The notes: a model not told the origin generated them from the letters alone. Shown: positions 37,892-48,327, counted from the first letter of the stretch. The stretch: 64,000 nucleotides of DNA from an uncultured SAR86 cluster bacterium (GCA_902551185.1 CACDCN010000002.1:22616-86615), one strand, 5' to 3'. Numbers and translations: made by a program.

Positions 37892-38458
37892 GTGTATAAA
37901 TTATGTATTGTTGGACTAGGAAATCCAGGCAATAAATATAATGGTACTCGTCATAATGTTGGAAAAGATTGGCTAATAGATATATCTCAACAATACTTTA
38001 AAGAATTTCAAAATAAACCAAAATATGAAGCTGAATTTGGTGAATCACATAATGCAGAAATATTATGGATAACCCCATCAAATTTTGTAAATGAATCAGG
38101 AAGAACAATCTCTAAAATTTTAAGATCTCATAATTTAGATATGAATATGTTTTTAATTATCCACGATGATTTAGATTTAGAGCCTGGAGAATTAAAAATC
38201 AAAGAAGGTGGAGGTCATGGAGGTCATAATGGTCTAAGAGATATAATAAAAAGCACTGGTAAAAGTGATTTTATGAGATTGAGGGTGGGTATCGGTCACC
38301 CTGGAATGAAAAATGAAGTGACTAATTGGGTTTTAAATAAATTCTCTCCAAATGAAAAAAAATCTATAGATAATGCTTATTCTAAATTTGTAGATGTATT
38401 TGAGCTAATTATCAATAATCAATTACAAAAAGTTCAAAAAATTTTACATACAAAATAA
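37892..38458 (+). CDS. pth: Peptidyl-tRNA hydrolase
   Basis: VYKLCIVGLGNPGNKYNGTRHNVG...GGHGGHNGLRD. I prefer the GTG start at 37892, 4 nt after the rplY stop. The ORF-track ATG at 37775 lies inside rplY and its extension is not homologous. Confidence 0.92.
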   Translation: MYKLCIVGLGNPGNKYNGTRHNVGKDWLIDISQQYFKEFQNKPKYEAEFGESHNAEILWITPSNFVNESGRTISKILRSHNLDMNMFLIIHDDLDLEPGELKIKEGGGHGGHNGLRDIIKSTGKSDFMRLRVGIGHPGMKNEVTNWVLNKFSPNEKKSIDNAYSKFVDVFELIINNQLQKVQKILHTK

Positions 38459-38460
38459 AA

Positions 38461-39549
38461 ATGGGTTTTAAATGTGGAATAGTTGGGCTTCCTAATGTGG
38501 GTAAATCTACTCTTTTTAATGCACTAACAAAATCAAGCATTCCAGCTGAAAACTTCCCCTTCTGCACAATTGATCCAAATGTAGGAAAAGTGCCACTTCC
38601 AGATAAAAGACTGGAGCAATTAAATAAGATAGTGGATTCTAAAAAAGTCATTCCTACAACACTTGATCTAGTTGATATTGCTGGTCTTGTTAAGGGCGCA
38701 TCCGATGGTGAAGGTCTGGGTAATTCATTTTTATCTAATATAAGAGAAATGTCTGCAATTGCCCATGTGGTTAGGTGTTTTGATGATGAAAATATAACGC
38801 ATGTAGATGGATCAGTTAATCCAAAAAGAGATGTTGAAGTGATTAATTTAGAATTAATTCTTGCTGATCTTGAATCTGTTTCTAAAAGAATATCTAGATG
38901 TGAAAAATTATTAAAAACAAATGATAAACAAAATAAGATTCACTATGAAATTTTAAAAGAAATAAAAATTGAGCTTGAAAAAGGAAACTTAATCGAAATT
39001 GGAAAGTTCAAGGATGAAGAGCAGATAATTATTCATCAATTTCAGTTGTTGTCTACTAAACCAACTTTTTATATTGGTAATATAAGTGATACAGAAAAAT
39101 CAAATCAAAAACTTAAGGAATTAGAAGAAATTGCAAATGACTTAGGTTCATTTGTTATTCCAACATCAATAAAAATTGAGCAAGAAATATCAACCCTTAA
39201 CAATGAAGAAAGAAAAGAATATTTAGAATTAATGAATATGGATGAGCCTGTTCTAAATAAAATTATATTTAAAGGTTATGAGTTACTTGGTCTAAAAACT
39301 TTCTTTACTGTAGGACCCAATGAGATTAGAGCATGGACGATTAAAAAAAATTACTCTGCTCCAAATGCAGCAGGAGTTATTCATACTGATTTTGAAAAAG
39401 GTTTTATAAAAGCAGAGGTTATAGATTTCGAAGACTTTATTGAGTTTAACGGTGAGCTTGGTGCAAGAGAAAAAGGAAAGTTAAGGCTTGAAGGTAAAGA
39501 TTATCTAGTAAAAGATGGAGATATAATTCATTTCAAATTCAATGTATGA
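38461..39549 (+). CDS. ychF: Ribosome-binding ATPase YchF
   Basis: GIVGLPNVGKSTLFNALT...DIAGLVKGAS.GEGLGN and the C-terminal TGS-like domain. Confidence 0.97.
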   Translation: MGFKCGIVGLPNVGKSTLFNALTKSSIPAENFPFCTIDPNVGKVPLPDKRLEQLNKIVDSKKVIPTTLDLVDIAGLVKGASDGEGLGNSFLSNIREMSAIAHVVRCFDDENITHVDGSVNPKRDVEVINLELILADLESVSKRISRCEKLLKTNDKQNKIHYEILKEIKIELEKGNLIEIGKFKDEEQIIIHQFQLLSTKPTFYIGNISDTEKSNQKLKELEEIANDLGSFVIPTSIKIEQEISTLNNEERKEYLELMNMDEPVLNKIIFKGYELLGLKTFFTVGPNEIRAWTIKKNYSAPNAAGVIHTDFEKGFIKAEVIDFEDFIEFNGELGAREKGKLRLEGKDYLVKDGDIIHFKFNV

Positions 39550-39563
39550 AAAATTAAAAATTA

Positions 39564-39591
39564 TTGACTCTTCTAATTTTAAGATTATCAT
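39564..39591 (+). promoter_or_regulatory. Candidate sigma70 promoter for tRNA-Met
   Basis: TTGACT-16 nt-TATCAT. The -10 ends 9 nt before the tRNA 5' end. Confidence 0.5.
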
Positions 39592-39600
39592 TCAACGATT

Positions 39601-39677
39601 GGCTATGTAGCTCAGATGGTTAGAGCACAGCACTCATAACGCTGGGGTCGGTGGTTCAATTCCACCCATAGCCACCA
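39601..39677 (+). tRNA. tRNA-Met, elongator type (anticodon CAU)
   Basis: 77 nt. GGCTATGTAGCTCAG...CTCATAA...GGTTCAATTCC...CATAGCCACCA. The acceptor and D-arm closely resemble E. coli elongator tRNA-Met. A lysidine-modified tRNA-Ile2 cannot be fully excluded from sequence alone. Confidence 0.85.
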
Positions 39678-39777
39678 TATTTTTCTTAAAATAAAATTTA
39701 AAAAATAAATAACAGTCGTTATATATAATTAATAAATTATTGAAGACGGGTGATAGGATTAAATCTTATTATTAGAC

Positions 39778-40014
39778 TTAATCGCTCTTTCTAATATATG
39801 TAAGAATTATTAAAACTGAAATTAAAACTAAAAGAGCATCCTCTCCAAGCATTGCTAAAATATCTGAAACATTTTTGTATACATCACCAACGAAAGCTGT
39901 TTCAGGTCCAAAAATGATTCCTAGCAATAAAGATACCACAACTAACGGAATTAATAATTGAGTTACTTTGTTTAAAAAGTTAGTTATTGATGTAAGTGTG
40001 ACTTTAAAATCCAT
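39778..40014 (-). CDS. Small hypothetical membrane protein (78 aa, two predicted TM helices), paralogue of the adjacent ORF
   Basis: The ORF has two hydrophobic stretches (LLIPLVVVSLLLGIIFG; ALLVLISVLIILTYI) and a basic C-terminus. It shares an FG..DV..N[IV][ST]..L...LLVL..VL pattern with 40076-40291. No obvious SD. Confidence 0.5.
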   Translation of the reverse strand: MDFKVTLTSITNFLNKVTQLLIPLVVVSLLLGIIFGPETAFVGDVYKNVSDILAMLGEDALLVLISVLIILTYIRKSD

Positions 40015-40020
40015 ATGTAT

Positions 40021-40059
40021 AAATAAAAAGATTAGGAAGGATTTTACCCCTTCCTAATC
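40021..40059 (-). terminator. Rho-independent terminator between the two small membrane-protein genes
   Basis: Perfect 11-bp stem (GATTAGGAAGG / CCTTCCTAATC, 40030-40040 and 40049-40059) with an 8-nt loop, followed on the minus strand by TTTTTATTT (40029-40021). Confidence 0.65.
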
Positions 40060-40075
40060 ATGCTATTAAGTTAAA

Positions 40076-40291
40076 TTACTTAACAAGACTCATTAAGACT
40101 GCTAACACGAGTAGTCCTACAACACCACCAGTAGCTAATTCCTCAACTAATGCTGTTATATTACCAATCACGTCAAGCCCTAGAACATCGCCGAAAGCTA
40201 AAGCTCCAACAATTCCAAGACCTAGAATCCCAACAATAACACTAGTTAGATTGCTAACTAAGTCATTTATCATCTTCCATGCATTATCCAT
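40076..40291 (-). CDS. Small hypothetical membrane protein (71 aa, two predicted TM helices)
   Basis: Hydrophobic stretches VIVGILGLGIVGALAF and GGVVGLLVLAVLMSLV. Strong SD-like AGGGGGA lies 8 nt upstream of the ATG. I recognise no family. Confidence 0.6.
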   Translation of the reverse strand: MDNAWKMINDLVSNLTSVIVGILGLGIVGALAFGDVLGLDVIGNITALVEELATGGVVGLLVLAVLMSLVK

Positions 40292-40436
40292 AATTATTTC
40301 CCCCTATAGGTTTTTTTTATGTTTTGCAGGCACATGAGAACATAAATTATGAAAAGAATCAAATTCTTATGACACAATATTTGACATTTACGATTTTATA
40401 GAATATTGATGACTTTATAGGTATTTTTTATACAAA

Positions 40437-42533
40437 TTAATCGTTTTTATCAGATAATGCTTTCATAGAAAGTTTCATTTTACCTCTGTCAAACCCAATT
40501 AATTTAACATCAATCTCTTGGTCTTCTTCCAAGACATCGCTAACGTTCTCAGTTCTTTCATCAGAGATCTCTGAAATGTGTAAAAGGCCATCTTTTCCTG
40601 GAAGTATATTTACAAAAGCTCCAAATTCTACAATTTTAACAACTCTGCCTTTATAAACCTTATTTAATTCAGGTTCTTCTAAAATTTCTTCAATAATAGC
40701 CAAGCATTCTTTCATTGATGACTGATTTTGACCAAATACAGAAACAACACCATCATCATTTACATCAACTGTTGCTCCAGTTTTTTCTTGCATTCCTTTT
40801 ATTACAGCGCCGCCTTTACCAATAATCTCTTTAATTTTATCTTTATCAACTATAAATGTTTTCATTGCTGGAGCATTTTCAGATAAATCTTTGGCTGATG
40901 AAATTACTTCATTCATTATGCCCAATATATGATTTCTTGCATTTTTAGCTTTTGCTAATGCGGTTTCCATAATTGATTCATTTATACCCTTAATTTTAAT
41001 ATCCATTTGAAGAGCAGTTATACCAGATTCAGTTCCAGCAACCTTGAAGTCCATATCCCCTAAATGATCTTCATCCCCTAAGATATCAGTTAGAACTGCA
41101 AAGTCATCACCTTCTTTGATGAGCCCCATAGCTATACCAGCAACTGGACTTGAAAGAGGAACTCCAGCATCCATTAATGATAAAGATGTGCCGCATACTG
41201 AAGCCATTGAGCTTGAACCATTAGACTCTGTGATTTCTGAAACAACTCTCATGGTATAACCAAATTCATCGATATCTGGTAATACAGCTTTAATTGCTCT
41301 TTTTGCTAAATTGCCATGTCCAATCTCACGCCTTTTTGGACCCATTGGCATACCAATCTCACCAACACTATATGCTGGGAAATTATAATGAAGCATAAAA
41401 TTATCTGAGCCCTCGCCTTCTATTGCTTCAATTCTTTGTGCATCTCTAGAAGAGCCAAGAGTTGCAACTACAACAGCTTGAGTCTCTCCTCTTGTAAATA
41501 ATGCTGACCCATGTGCGCTTGGAAGAACGTCTGTTTCAACAAAAATAGGTCTTACTGTATCCAAATCTCTTCCGTCTATTCTAGGCATATTATTTAATAT
41601 ATTGCCTCTAACAATATTTTTTTCTAATTCTTTAAAAGAGCTTAAAACTTTACCGAGCTCAAATTCATCTAAATCTGAATATCCATCAACTATTTTAGCT
41701 TTAATAGTAGCTAGAGCTTCATTGCGATCTGACTTATTAGATATTGTAAAAGCTTCAGTTATTTCATCTTTGTATTTGCTTTCAACATCAGAATAATAGT
41801 TAGTAACATTTTCATCTTCTTCAATAACCCACTCTTCTTTTCCAGCCTTATTTTTTAATTCATTGCATGCGTTGATAACAGCTTTCATTTCTTGGTGACC
41901 AAAAAGAACTGCACCTAGCATAAGATCTTCATTTAATTCTTTTGCTTCAGACTCTACCATAAGAACAGCTTCATCAGTTCCAGCTACAACCATATCTAAA
42001 TAAGAATTATCCAATTGTTCAAATGATGGGTTTAAAATATACTCTCCATCTATAAACCCAACCCTAGCTGCCCCCATTGGACCATCAAAAGGTACTCCTG
42101 AAATAGTTAAGGCAGCAGATGCTCCTATCATTGCAGCGATATCTGGATTTTGTGTCTTGTCAGAAGACATCACTGTGCTAAATATTTGGACCTCATTCTT
42201 AAAAGTTTCTGGAAACATTGGTCTAATTGGTCTATCAATTAACCTTGAGGTTAATGTTTCTCTTTCTGTTGGCCTAGCTTCTCTTTTAAAAAAACCGCCA
42301 GGAATCCTCCCAGTAGAATAAAATTTTTCTTGATAGAAGACTGCTAAAGGGAAAAAATCTTTTCCTGGGTCTGATTCTTTTTTTGCAACAACAGTAGTTA
42401 AAACTACTAAATTACCAATTGTTACTACCACAGCAGCTGTTGCTTGCCGCGCAATTTTATTTGTTTCAATCTTTACTTTTTGATTTCCATACTCAAACTC
42501 TACACTTGTAGATTCTAATTTATTATTTTCCAC
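40437..42533 (-). CDS. pnp: Polyribonucleotide nucleotidyltransferase (PNPase)
   Basis: Two RNase PH domains plus KH and S1 ([13 protein letters not shown]). GTG start with AGGAAA SD. Confidence 0.97.
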   Translation of the reverse strand: MENNKLESTSVEFEYGNQKVKIETNKIARQATAAVVVTIGNLVVLTTVVAKKESDPGKDFFPLAVFYQEKFYSTGRIPGGFFKREARPTERETLTSRLIDRPIRPMFPETFKNEVQIFSTVMSSDKTQNPDIAAMIGASAALTISGVPFDGPMGAARVGFIDGEYILNPSFEQLDNSYLDMVVAGTDEAVLMVESEAKELNEDLMLGAVLFGHQEMKAVINACNELKNKAGKEEWVIEEDENVTNYYSDVESKYKDEITEAFTISNKSDRNEALATIKAKIVDGYSDLDEFELGKVLSSFKELEKNIVRGNILNNMPRIDGRDLDTVRPIFVETDVLPSAHGSALFTRGETQAVVVATLGSSRDAQRIEAIEGEGSDNFMLHYNFPAYSVGEIGMPMGPKRREIGHGNLAKRAIKAVLPDIDEFGYTMRVVSEITESNGSSSMASVCGTSLSLMDAGVPLSSPVAGIAMGLIKEGDDFAVLTDILGDEDHLGDMDFKVAGTESGITALQMDIKIKGINESIMETALAKAKNARNHILGIMNEVISSAKDLSENAPAMKTFIVDKDKIKEIIGKGGAVIKGMQEKTGATVDVNDDGVVSVFGQNQSSMKECLAIIEEILEEPELNKVYKGRVVKIVEFGAFVNILPGKDGLLHISEISDERTENVSDVLEEDQEIDVKLIGFDRGKMKLSMKALSDKND

Positions 42534-42561
42534 GATTTTCCTTTTTATATTTGATGATTTT

Positions 42562-42831
42562 TTATCCTCTTAGATTAAGCTTTTTAACAAGCTCACTATA
42601 ACTCTCTGCATCTTTTCTTTTTAAATATGCTAATAGTTTTCTTCTAAGGTTAACCATTCTTATTAGACCATTTCTGGAATGATGGTCTTTATTATGATTT
42701 TTAAAATGATTTTGAAGTTTATTAATATTTTCTGTTAAAAGCGCTATTTGCACTTCAGGTGAACCAGTATCACCCTCATTTCTCTTATATTGACTAACTA
42801 TATTTGCTTTTTCTTCAGTTAATAATGCCAT
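42562..42831 (-). CDS. rpsO: 30S ribosomal protein S15
   Basis: [29 protein letters not shown] minus-strand TATAAT (42902..42897) in the truB-rpsO spacer is a plausible -10. Confidence 0.97.
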   Translation of the reverse strand: MALLTEEKANIVSQYKRNEGDTGSPEVQIALLTENINKLQNHFKNHNKDHHSRNGLIRMVNLRRKLLAYLKRKDAESYSELVKKLNLRG

Positions 42832-42915
42832 TTTATATCCTTGTAATGCATTAAATGAATTTGCTAACCTCGCATTACTAAAGTAAGCCGAGGCATATTA
42901 TAACTTATTGGGATA

Positions 42916-43755
42916 TTAAACAAGCTGTTTATGCTTTAAGTTCATATTCTTAATTTGGCCGATTCCTAGAAAAATACCTTCGTTATTTGAAATTCTATAT
43001 AAATTGTCTTGATTATCATTATAAATATTTTTGACACCATTAATAAATTTTTTAGCATCTTCATCATTAATAATAATTTTCTTAAAATTATTAAAAGCTG
43101 CTTCTATAGAAATTATTTTTTCCTTAGATATTTCTGAGATATTTACTGCATCAGATAAGTTAAAATTATGTTGTCCAACCCTTCTAAGAGCTATCATATG
43201 AGCACCACACTTTAGTTTCTCTCCTAAATCCCTAGCAAGTGATCTGATATAAGTTCCTTTTGTACAAGAAATCGTAAATGAGCATACCTTATTATTATAT
43301 TTGTAATCATTTATTTCTTTAATAAATATTTTTCTTGCTGGTTTCTTTATGTATTCACCCTCTCTGGCATATTGATACAAAGGTTTTCCTTGATATTTTA
43401 ATGCAGCAAAGAAAGGTGGGATCTGTTTAGACTCTCCAATGAATGAAAATAAACTTTCACGAATAATTTTCTCAGAAAGGCGGACGTTAGACTCAAAAAT
43501 AACTGTTCCAGATGAGTCGTCAGTGTCAGTAGATTTACCTAATTCAACTTTAACTTCATAAGATTTATCAGATTCAAGAAAATAGCTTGAAAATTTTGTA
43601 GCTTTATTTATAGCTAAAATTAAAAGCCCTTCTGCGATCGGATCCAATGTACCTAAGTGGCCAACCTTTTTTGCTTTAAGTACTTTTTTTACTTTTTGTA
43701 CAACATTGTTTGAGGTTTCGCCGATTTCTTTATTAATTAAGATAAATCCATCCAT
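42916..43755 (-). CDS. truB: tRNA pseudouridine-55 synthase
   Basis: GFILINKEIGETS...KVGHLGTLDPIAEGLL. Confidence 0.95.
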   Translation of the reverse strand: MDGFILINKEIGETSNNVVQKVKKVLKAKKVGHLGTLDPIAEGLLILAINKATKFSSYFLESDKSYEVKVELGKSTDTDDSSGTVIFESNVRLSEKIIRESLFSFIGESKQIPPFFAALKYQGKPLYQYAREGEYIKKPARKIFIKEINDYKYNNKVCSFTISCTKGTYIRSLARDLGEKLKCGAHMIALRRVGQHNFNLSDAVNISEISKEKIISIEAAFNNFKKIIINDEDAKKFINGVKNIYNDNQDNLYRISNNEGIFLGIGQIKNMNLKHKQLV

Positions 43756-44102
43756 TATTTTAAATTTTTCAATAGCTTTTCAATGTTTTCAGAGTACTCA
43801 ATACTCTCATCAAATCTAAATTTAATTTTTGGGACTCTTCTAATCTTAATTTTTTTGGCTAAGTTTGATCTAACCATACCAGAGAATTTTTCAAGAATTA
43901 TTTCATCTATTTTGCTTTTTTCTTTATGAATTGATTCGCCAATAACTGTGTAAAAAACAGTTGCAATCCCGATATCATCTGATACTTTTACAGCAGTAAT
44001 ATTAATATTTTGCAATCTAATATCTTTGATTTCATTTGTAATTATTAATGAAATTTCTTTTTTTAATAAATCAGCAACCTTGTCAGATCTATTTGATGTC
44101 AT
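43755..44102 (-). CDS. rbfA: Ribosome-binding factor A
   Basis: 115 aa with the RbfA pattern (RSDKVADLLKKEISLII...ITAVKVSDD...A.V.Y). It lies between infB and truB. Confidence 0.92.
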   Translation of the reverse strand: MTSNRSDKVADLLKKEISLIITNEIKDIRLQNINITAVKVSDDIGIATVFYTVIGESIHKEKSKIDEIILEKFSGMVRSNLAKKIKIRRVPKIKFRFDESIEYSENIEKLLKNLK

Positions 44103-44107
44103 AAATT

Positions 44108-46375
44108 TTATATCTCTTGGGATTCTTCTTTCCTGTCAAATACCTCTATCTTATCTCCGGGCTTAATATCTTTATAGTTCTTTATACCCATACCGCACTC
44201 ATTTCCATTTTTAACTTCGTTTACATCTTCTTTAAAACGTCTTAGTGAATTTAATTCACCTTCAAAAATTACAATATCATCTCTAAGCACTCTTACAGGC
44301 TTATTCCTTAATACATTACCTTCAAGTACTGAGCAGCCTGCAACTTGTCCAAATTTTGGAGAGTTAAAAACCTCTAGCACTTCTGCAGTTCCTACAATCT
44401 CTTCTTTAATAATAGGATCAAGTAATCCACTCATCCTTGCTTTAACATCATCAAGCAATTCATAAATAATACTATGATAGCTTAAGGGTATGGATTCGCT
44501 CTCAATGATCTTTTTAGCAGTATTATCTGCTCTAACATTAAAGCCGAGAATAATTGAATCAACTGCTACAGCCAAATTTGCATCAGACTCAGTTATACCG
44601 CCAACCCCACTTGAGACAATCTTAACTTTAGCTTTTTCACTATCTAAATTATTTAATGCGCTATTAATAGCTTCACATGTTCCAGCAACATCAGTTTTTA
44701 TAATTACATTTAGAACTTTTTTGCCTTCCTGACCTAACGTTTCAAATAAATCTCCTACTGATTCATCTTTTTGTTTGAGTAATTTCTTTTCTTTTTCTTT
44801 AGAAACCCTATAGTCAGCTATTTCTCTTGCTTGTTTATCATTTTTAACTACTTGAAATTGATCTCCTGCATTTGGAACTGAATTTAAGCCAAGTACTTCA
44901 ACTGCTGCAGATGGAATAGCTTGTTTAATTTTCTTTCCATCACTATCAACTATACTTTTAATTTTCCCCATTACATTGCCTGAGACTGCTAAATCACCTA
45001 CTTTAAGTGTTCCGTTTTGTATTAAAAGGGTTGCAACTGATCCTCTAAATTTATCTAATTCAGATTCTATAACAACCCCCTGAGCCGCCCCATCATAGTG
45101 AGCTTTTAATTCTAAAATTTCAGCCTCAAGTGCAATTCTTTCAAGCAGTTCATCAACGCCATCTCCTTTAAGAGCTGAAATTGGTACCATTTGAATATTT
45201 CCACCCCAATCCTCAGGCGTTAAATCTTTTGCAGCAAGATCTCCTTTAACTTTATCAATATCTGCACCTTCTATATCTATTTTATTTATTGCTACAACAA
45301 TAGATACATTTGCAGCTTTAGCATGATTAATTGCTTCTTCTGTCTGTGGCTTTATTCCATCATTAGCTGCAACAACTAATACAACAATATCAGTCGTATT
45401 AGCTCCTCTAGCTCGCATAGAAGAAAAGGCAGCATGACCTGGTGTATCAATAAAAGTCAGTCTTCCTTTTGAGGTATCAACTTCATATGCTCCTATATGT
45501 TGAGTTATTCCTCCAGCTTCTCCATCAACTACTTTAGTATTTCTTATAAAATCTAATAAAGTAGTTTTCCCATGATCAACATGCCCCATAACAGTTATAA
45601 CTGCTGGTCTTGTTTTTTGTTCATCATTATATTTAATTAAATTTGCTAAATCATCTTCAATATTTTCTTCTTTAATAGCAACGCCATTATGTCCAATTTC
45701 TTCTACAACTAAAATTGCAGTTTCTTGATCAATAAAATCATTAATGGTTGCAACAACCCCTAAACTCATTAAATTCCTAACAACCTCACCACCCTTTACC
45801 GCCATTAATTTAGCAAGCTCGCCAACTTGAATGTTATCTGGTACTTCGATATCTTTTTTTATAAAATCTACAGGGGCTTCGAATTGATGTTTTGTATCAT
45901 CAAAAACAGCACCTTCTCTTTTCTTATAAGCCTTAACAGCACTCGAGAGCTGATCTTTGACATTAATAGATTCTTCAGATGGTTCGTTCTTAACTTTTTC
46001 GAAGTGTTTCTTTCTTTGTTCTTGTTTTTGTTTTGCTGCAGCTTTTAATTGTTCTTCTCTTTTTGTTTGCTGTTCTTTTAATTGCTCAGATGCTGCTGCT
46101 CTTTTTGCCTCAATATTGTCTGAATAGCTCTTAGTTGTTGTGCTAACAGGTGATGATTTTCCTTTAGAAGTGACTTTGACACCTGATTCTGAAGTAACAG
46201 ATTTAGAAGATGAGGGTTTAGAACCTTTTAAAAATTTTAAGAGTGCTTGTTTGTCAGATGCAGTTACTTCATCAGAGTTTTTTTTATGGCTTAGGCCAGC
46301 TTTTTGCATTCTCTCTATAAGAGCTTTATCAGAAATCTTTAATGTTTTTGCGAAATCTTTTACTGTTATTGCCAA
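44108..46375 (-). CDS. infB: Translation initiation factor IF-2
   Basis: K/E/Q-rich N-terminal region and G-domain VITVMGHVDHGKTTLLD...DTPGH...NKID. Confidence 0.97.
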   Translation of the reverse strand: MAITVKDFAKTLKISDKALIERMQKAGLSHKKNSDEVTASDKQALLKFLKGSKPSSSKSVTSESGVKVTSKGKSSPVSTTTKSYSDNIEAKRAAASEQLKEQQTKREEQLKAAAKQKQEQRKKHFEKVKNEPSEESINVKDQLSSAVKAYKKREGAVFDDTKHQFEAPVDFIKKDIEVPDNIQVGELAKLMAVKGGEVVRNLMSLGVVATINDFIDQETAILVVEEIGHNGVAIKEENIEDDLANLIKYNDEQKTRPAVITVMGHVDHGKTTLLDFIRNTKVVDGEAGGITQHIGAYEVDTSKGRLTFIDTPGHAAFSSMRARGANTTDIVVLVVAANDGIKPQTEEAINHAKAANVSIVVAINKIDIEGADIDKVKGDLAAKDLTPEDWGGNIQMVPISALKGDGVDELLERIALEAEILELKAHYDGAAQGVVIESELDKFRGSVATLLIQNGTLKVGDLAVSGNVMGKIKSIVDSDGKKIKQAIPSAAVEVLGLNSVPNAGDQFQVVKNDKQAREIADYRVSKEKEKKLLKQKDESVGDLFETLGQEGKKVLNVIIKTDVAGTCEAINSALNNLDSEKAKVKIVSSGVGGITESDANLAVAVDSIILGFNVRADNTAKKIIESESIPLSYHSIIYELLDDVKARMSGLLDPIIKEEIVGTAEVLEVFNSPKFGQVAGCSVLEGNVLRNKPVRVLRDDIVIFEGELNSLRRFKEDVNEVKNGNECGMGIKNYKDIKPGDKIEVFDRKEESQEI

Positions 46376-46388
46376 AATAATTTCCTTT

Positions 46389-47849
46389 TTAATTAAACCA
46401 ATGTTCTCTAGCTTTCATAATCATTTTAGATGCGTCATCTTCATTGATATCAATAATATCTTGAAGCTCATCTATAGATAGCTCTGCTAAATCATCTTTA
46501 TTTTTTATACCTTTTTTTGATAACTTTTGAATATTTTCTTCTTCTAAATTTAAATCTGTTAGAGATTCAATATTATCTTCCTCTTCTGTAACTGCACCCA
46601 TTGCATCAAGAAGTGCTGCATCTTCGGAAGCTGATTTAATTCTATTTATCTCATCATCTGATTCGATAAAATCTTTAAGTAATTTATCATCAGCATAGGC
46701 AATCTCATCAAAAGATTTCATTCCAAGACTAATTATTTTTTCAGCAATATCATCTTTGATATCCAAGCTATCGATAATCTTTGCTAGAAACTCTGTTTCA
46801 TCAACCTTAACTTTTGCTTCAGCTTCTTCATTGCTAATAATATTTAAATCCCATCCAACTAATTTTGATGCTAAACGAATATTTTGACCTCTTGACCCTA
46901 TAGCTAATGCTAGATTGTCTTCATTTACAGCTATATCCATAGATCGAGAGTCTTCATCCATAACAATTGATTCAACTTTTGCTGGTGATAAAGCATTTAT
47001 AACTAGCTGAGCAGGATTATCATCGTAAATTATTATATCTATTCTCTCATTACCAAGCTCTGAAGATACCGCCTGCACTCTAGAGCCTCTCATACCGACA
47101 CATGCCCCAACAGGGTCTATCCTTCCATCATTTGTCTTAACTGCAATTTTTGATCTAGATCCTGAATCTCTAGCAACACCTCTTATCTCAATTACATCTT
47201 CATTTATCTCTGGAACCTCTATACTAAATAACTCTGTTACCATTTCAGGGCATGAACGATTAAGCATTAATTGAGGACCTCTTCCTTCGACTTCAACAAT
47301 CTGAAGAACTGCTCTTATCCTGTCATTAATTTTGTATATTTCTCCAGGCATTAATTTATCTCTTGGTAATAAGGCCTCTGCCTCATGAGTTATATCTACA
47401 ATAATATTATCCCTAGTTACTCTTTTAACTGAACCGGATACAAGCTTATTATTTTGCGATCTGAATTGCTCGACGATTTTTTCTCTTTCAGCTTCTCTTA
47501 CTTTTTGAAGCATAACCTGTCTAGCGGCCTGGGTCTCTATCCTACCAAATGTTATATTTTCTTGAACTTTTGTATAAATTTCACCGATTTCAAGATTTGA
47601 TTCATCTTTTGATATGTGAGTCTCATGATGAAATTCTTCATCTTCTTTTTCAAAAACAATCCAGTTTCTATGGGTTGCATATTCACCCGTTTCTCTATTG
47701 ATTTCTACAAATAAGTCAGCATCTTCATGGAAATGCCTTTGGGATGCAGAAGCTATTGCAACCTCAATTGCTTTAAAAATAACATCTTTTTCTAACCCTT
47801 TCTCTGTAGAGACTGAATCAACAACTGCTAAAATTTCATTACTTTGCAT
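46389..47849 (-). CDS. nusA: Transcription termination/antitermination factor NusA
   Basis: NusA N-domain, S1, two KH domains (GACVGMRGSRVQAV; AIGSRGQNIRLAS) and C-terminal acidic repeats. Confidence 0.97.
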   Translation of the reverse strand: MQSNEILAVVDSVSTEKGLEKDVIFKAIEVAIASASQRHFHEDADLFVEINRETGEYATHRNWIVFEKEDEEFHHETHISKDESNLEIGEIYTKVQENITFGRIETQAARQVMLQKVREAEREKIVEQFRSQNNKLVSGSVKRVTRDNIIVDITHEAEALLPRDKLMPGEIYKINDRIRAVLQIVEVEGRGPQLMLNRSCPEMVTELFSIEVPEINEDVIEIRGVARDSGSRSKIAVKTNDGRIDPVGACVGMRGSRVQAVSSELGNERIDIIIYDDNPAQLVINALSPAKVESIVMDEDSRSMDIAVNEDNLALAIGSRGQNIRLASKLVGWDLNIISNEEAEAKVKVDETEFLAKIIDSLDIKDDIAEKIISLGMKSFDEIAYADDKLLKDFIESDDEINRIKSASEDAALLDAMGAVTEEEDNIESLTDLNLEEENIQKLSKKGIKNKDDLAELSIDELQDIIDINEDDASKMIMKAREHWFN

Positions 47850-48327
47850 GATTATATTCCTTTATTAAGTCATTATAGTTTGGTTTAAGTTTGCATAAAT
47901 CTATATCTGTAAATTTAAATTTCATTATATTTGGTTTATTCATACTTTTAATTGAAAAACATAAATCATCGCATTCTGATAATGTTCCAGAAAATTTTCT
48001 TTTTCCTTCTATTAATTCTCTAGTTTTGAATTCTAATTCCATTCCTATGTAATCATTTAATTGGTTAATATTAAAGAATTTTCTATCAACTCCAGGCGTT
48101 GAAACTTCTAATACATAATCTTCACCTAAAGTAGTATCTAATATAGGTTCGTAATTAAGATCTTTCGAAACATTTTCACAATCATTGATATCAACACCTT
48201 CTTGTGAATCAATAAAAACTCTTAAGGTTGTTCTTCTTTTTCCTCTTAATATCTCAATACCCCATAGAATACAATTATTCCTATTTACAACAGGTTCGAT
48301 AATATTTTTATATTCTTCTACATTCAT
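47839..48327 (-). CDS. rimP: Ribosome maturation factor RimP
   Basis: The RimP pattern (LWGIEI...LRVFID...LEVSTPG.DR) precedes nusA. I prefer the start MNVEEY at 48327. The ORF-track start at 48357 would run through a terminator-like hairpin and lie 18 nt from the tRNA. Confidence 0.9.
   Translation of the reverse strand: MNVEEYKNIIEPVVNRNNCILWGIEILRGKRRTTLRVFIDSQEGVDINDCENVSKDLNYEPILDTTLGEDYVLEVSTPGVDRKFFNINQLNDYIGMELEFKTRELIEGKRKFSGTLSECDDLCFSIKSMNKPNIMKFKFTDIDLCKLKPNYNDLIKEYNHAK

Noticed and set aside
40381-40386. Perfect TTGACA hexamer on the plus strand in the pnp-downstream spacer, as a possible antisense promoter into pnp.
   Set aside because: There is no acceptable -10 at 16-18 nt spacing (TATTGA at best). 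An isolated hexamer match is expected by chance in AT-rich spacers.
39550-40436. Possible integrated element or genomic islet at tRNA-Met (small unknown genes next to a tRNA).
   Set aside because: The region is under 900 bp and has no integrase, excisionase or phage gene. I found no direct repeat of the tRNA 3' end flanking it. I report the small ORF pair as a curiosity only, not as a mobile element.
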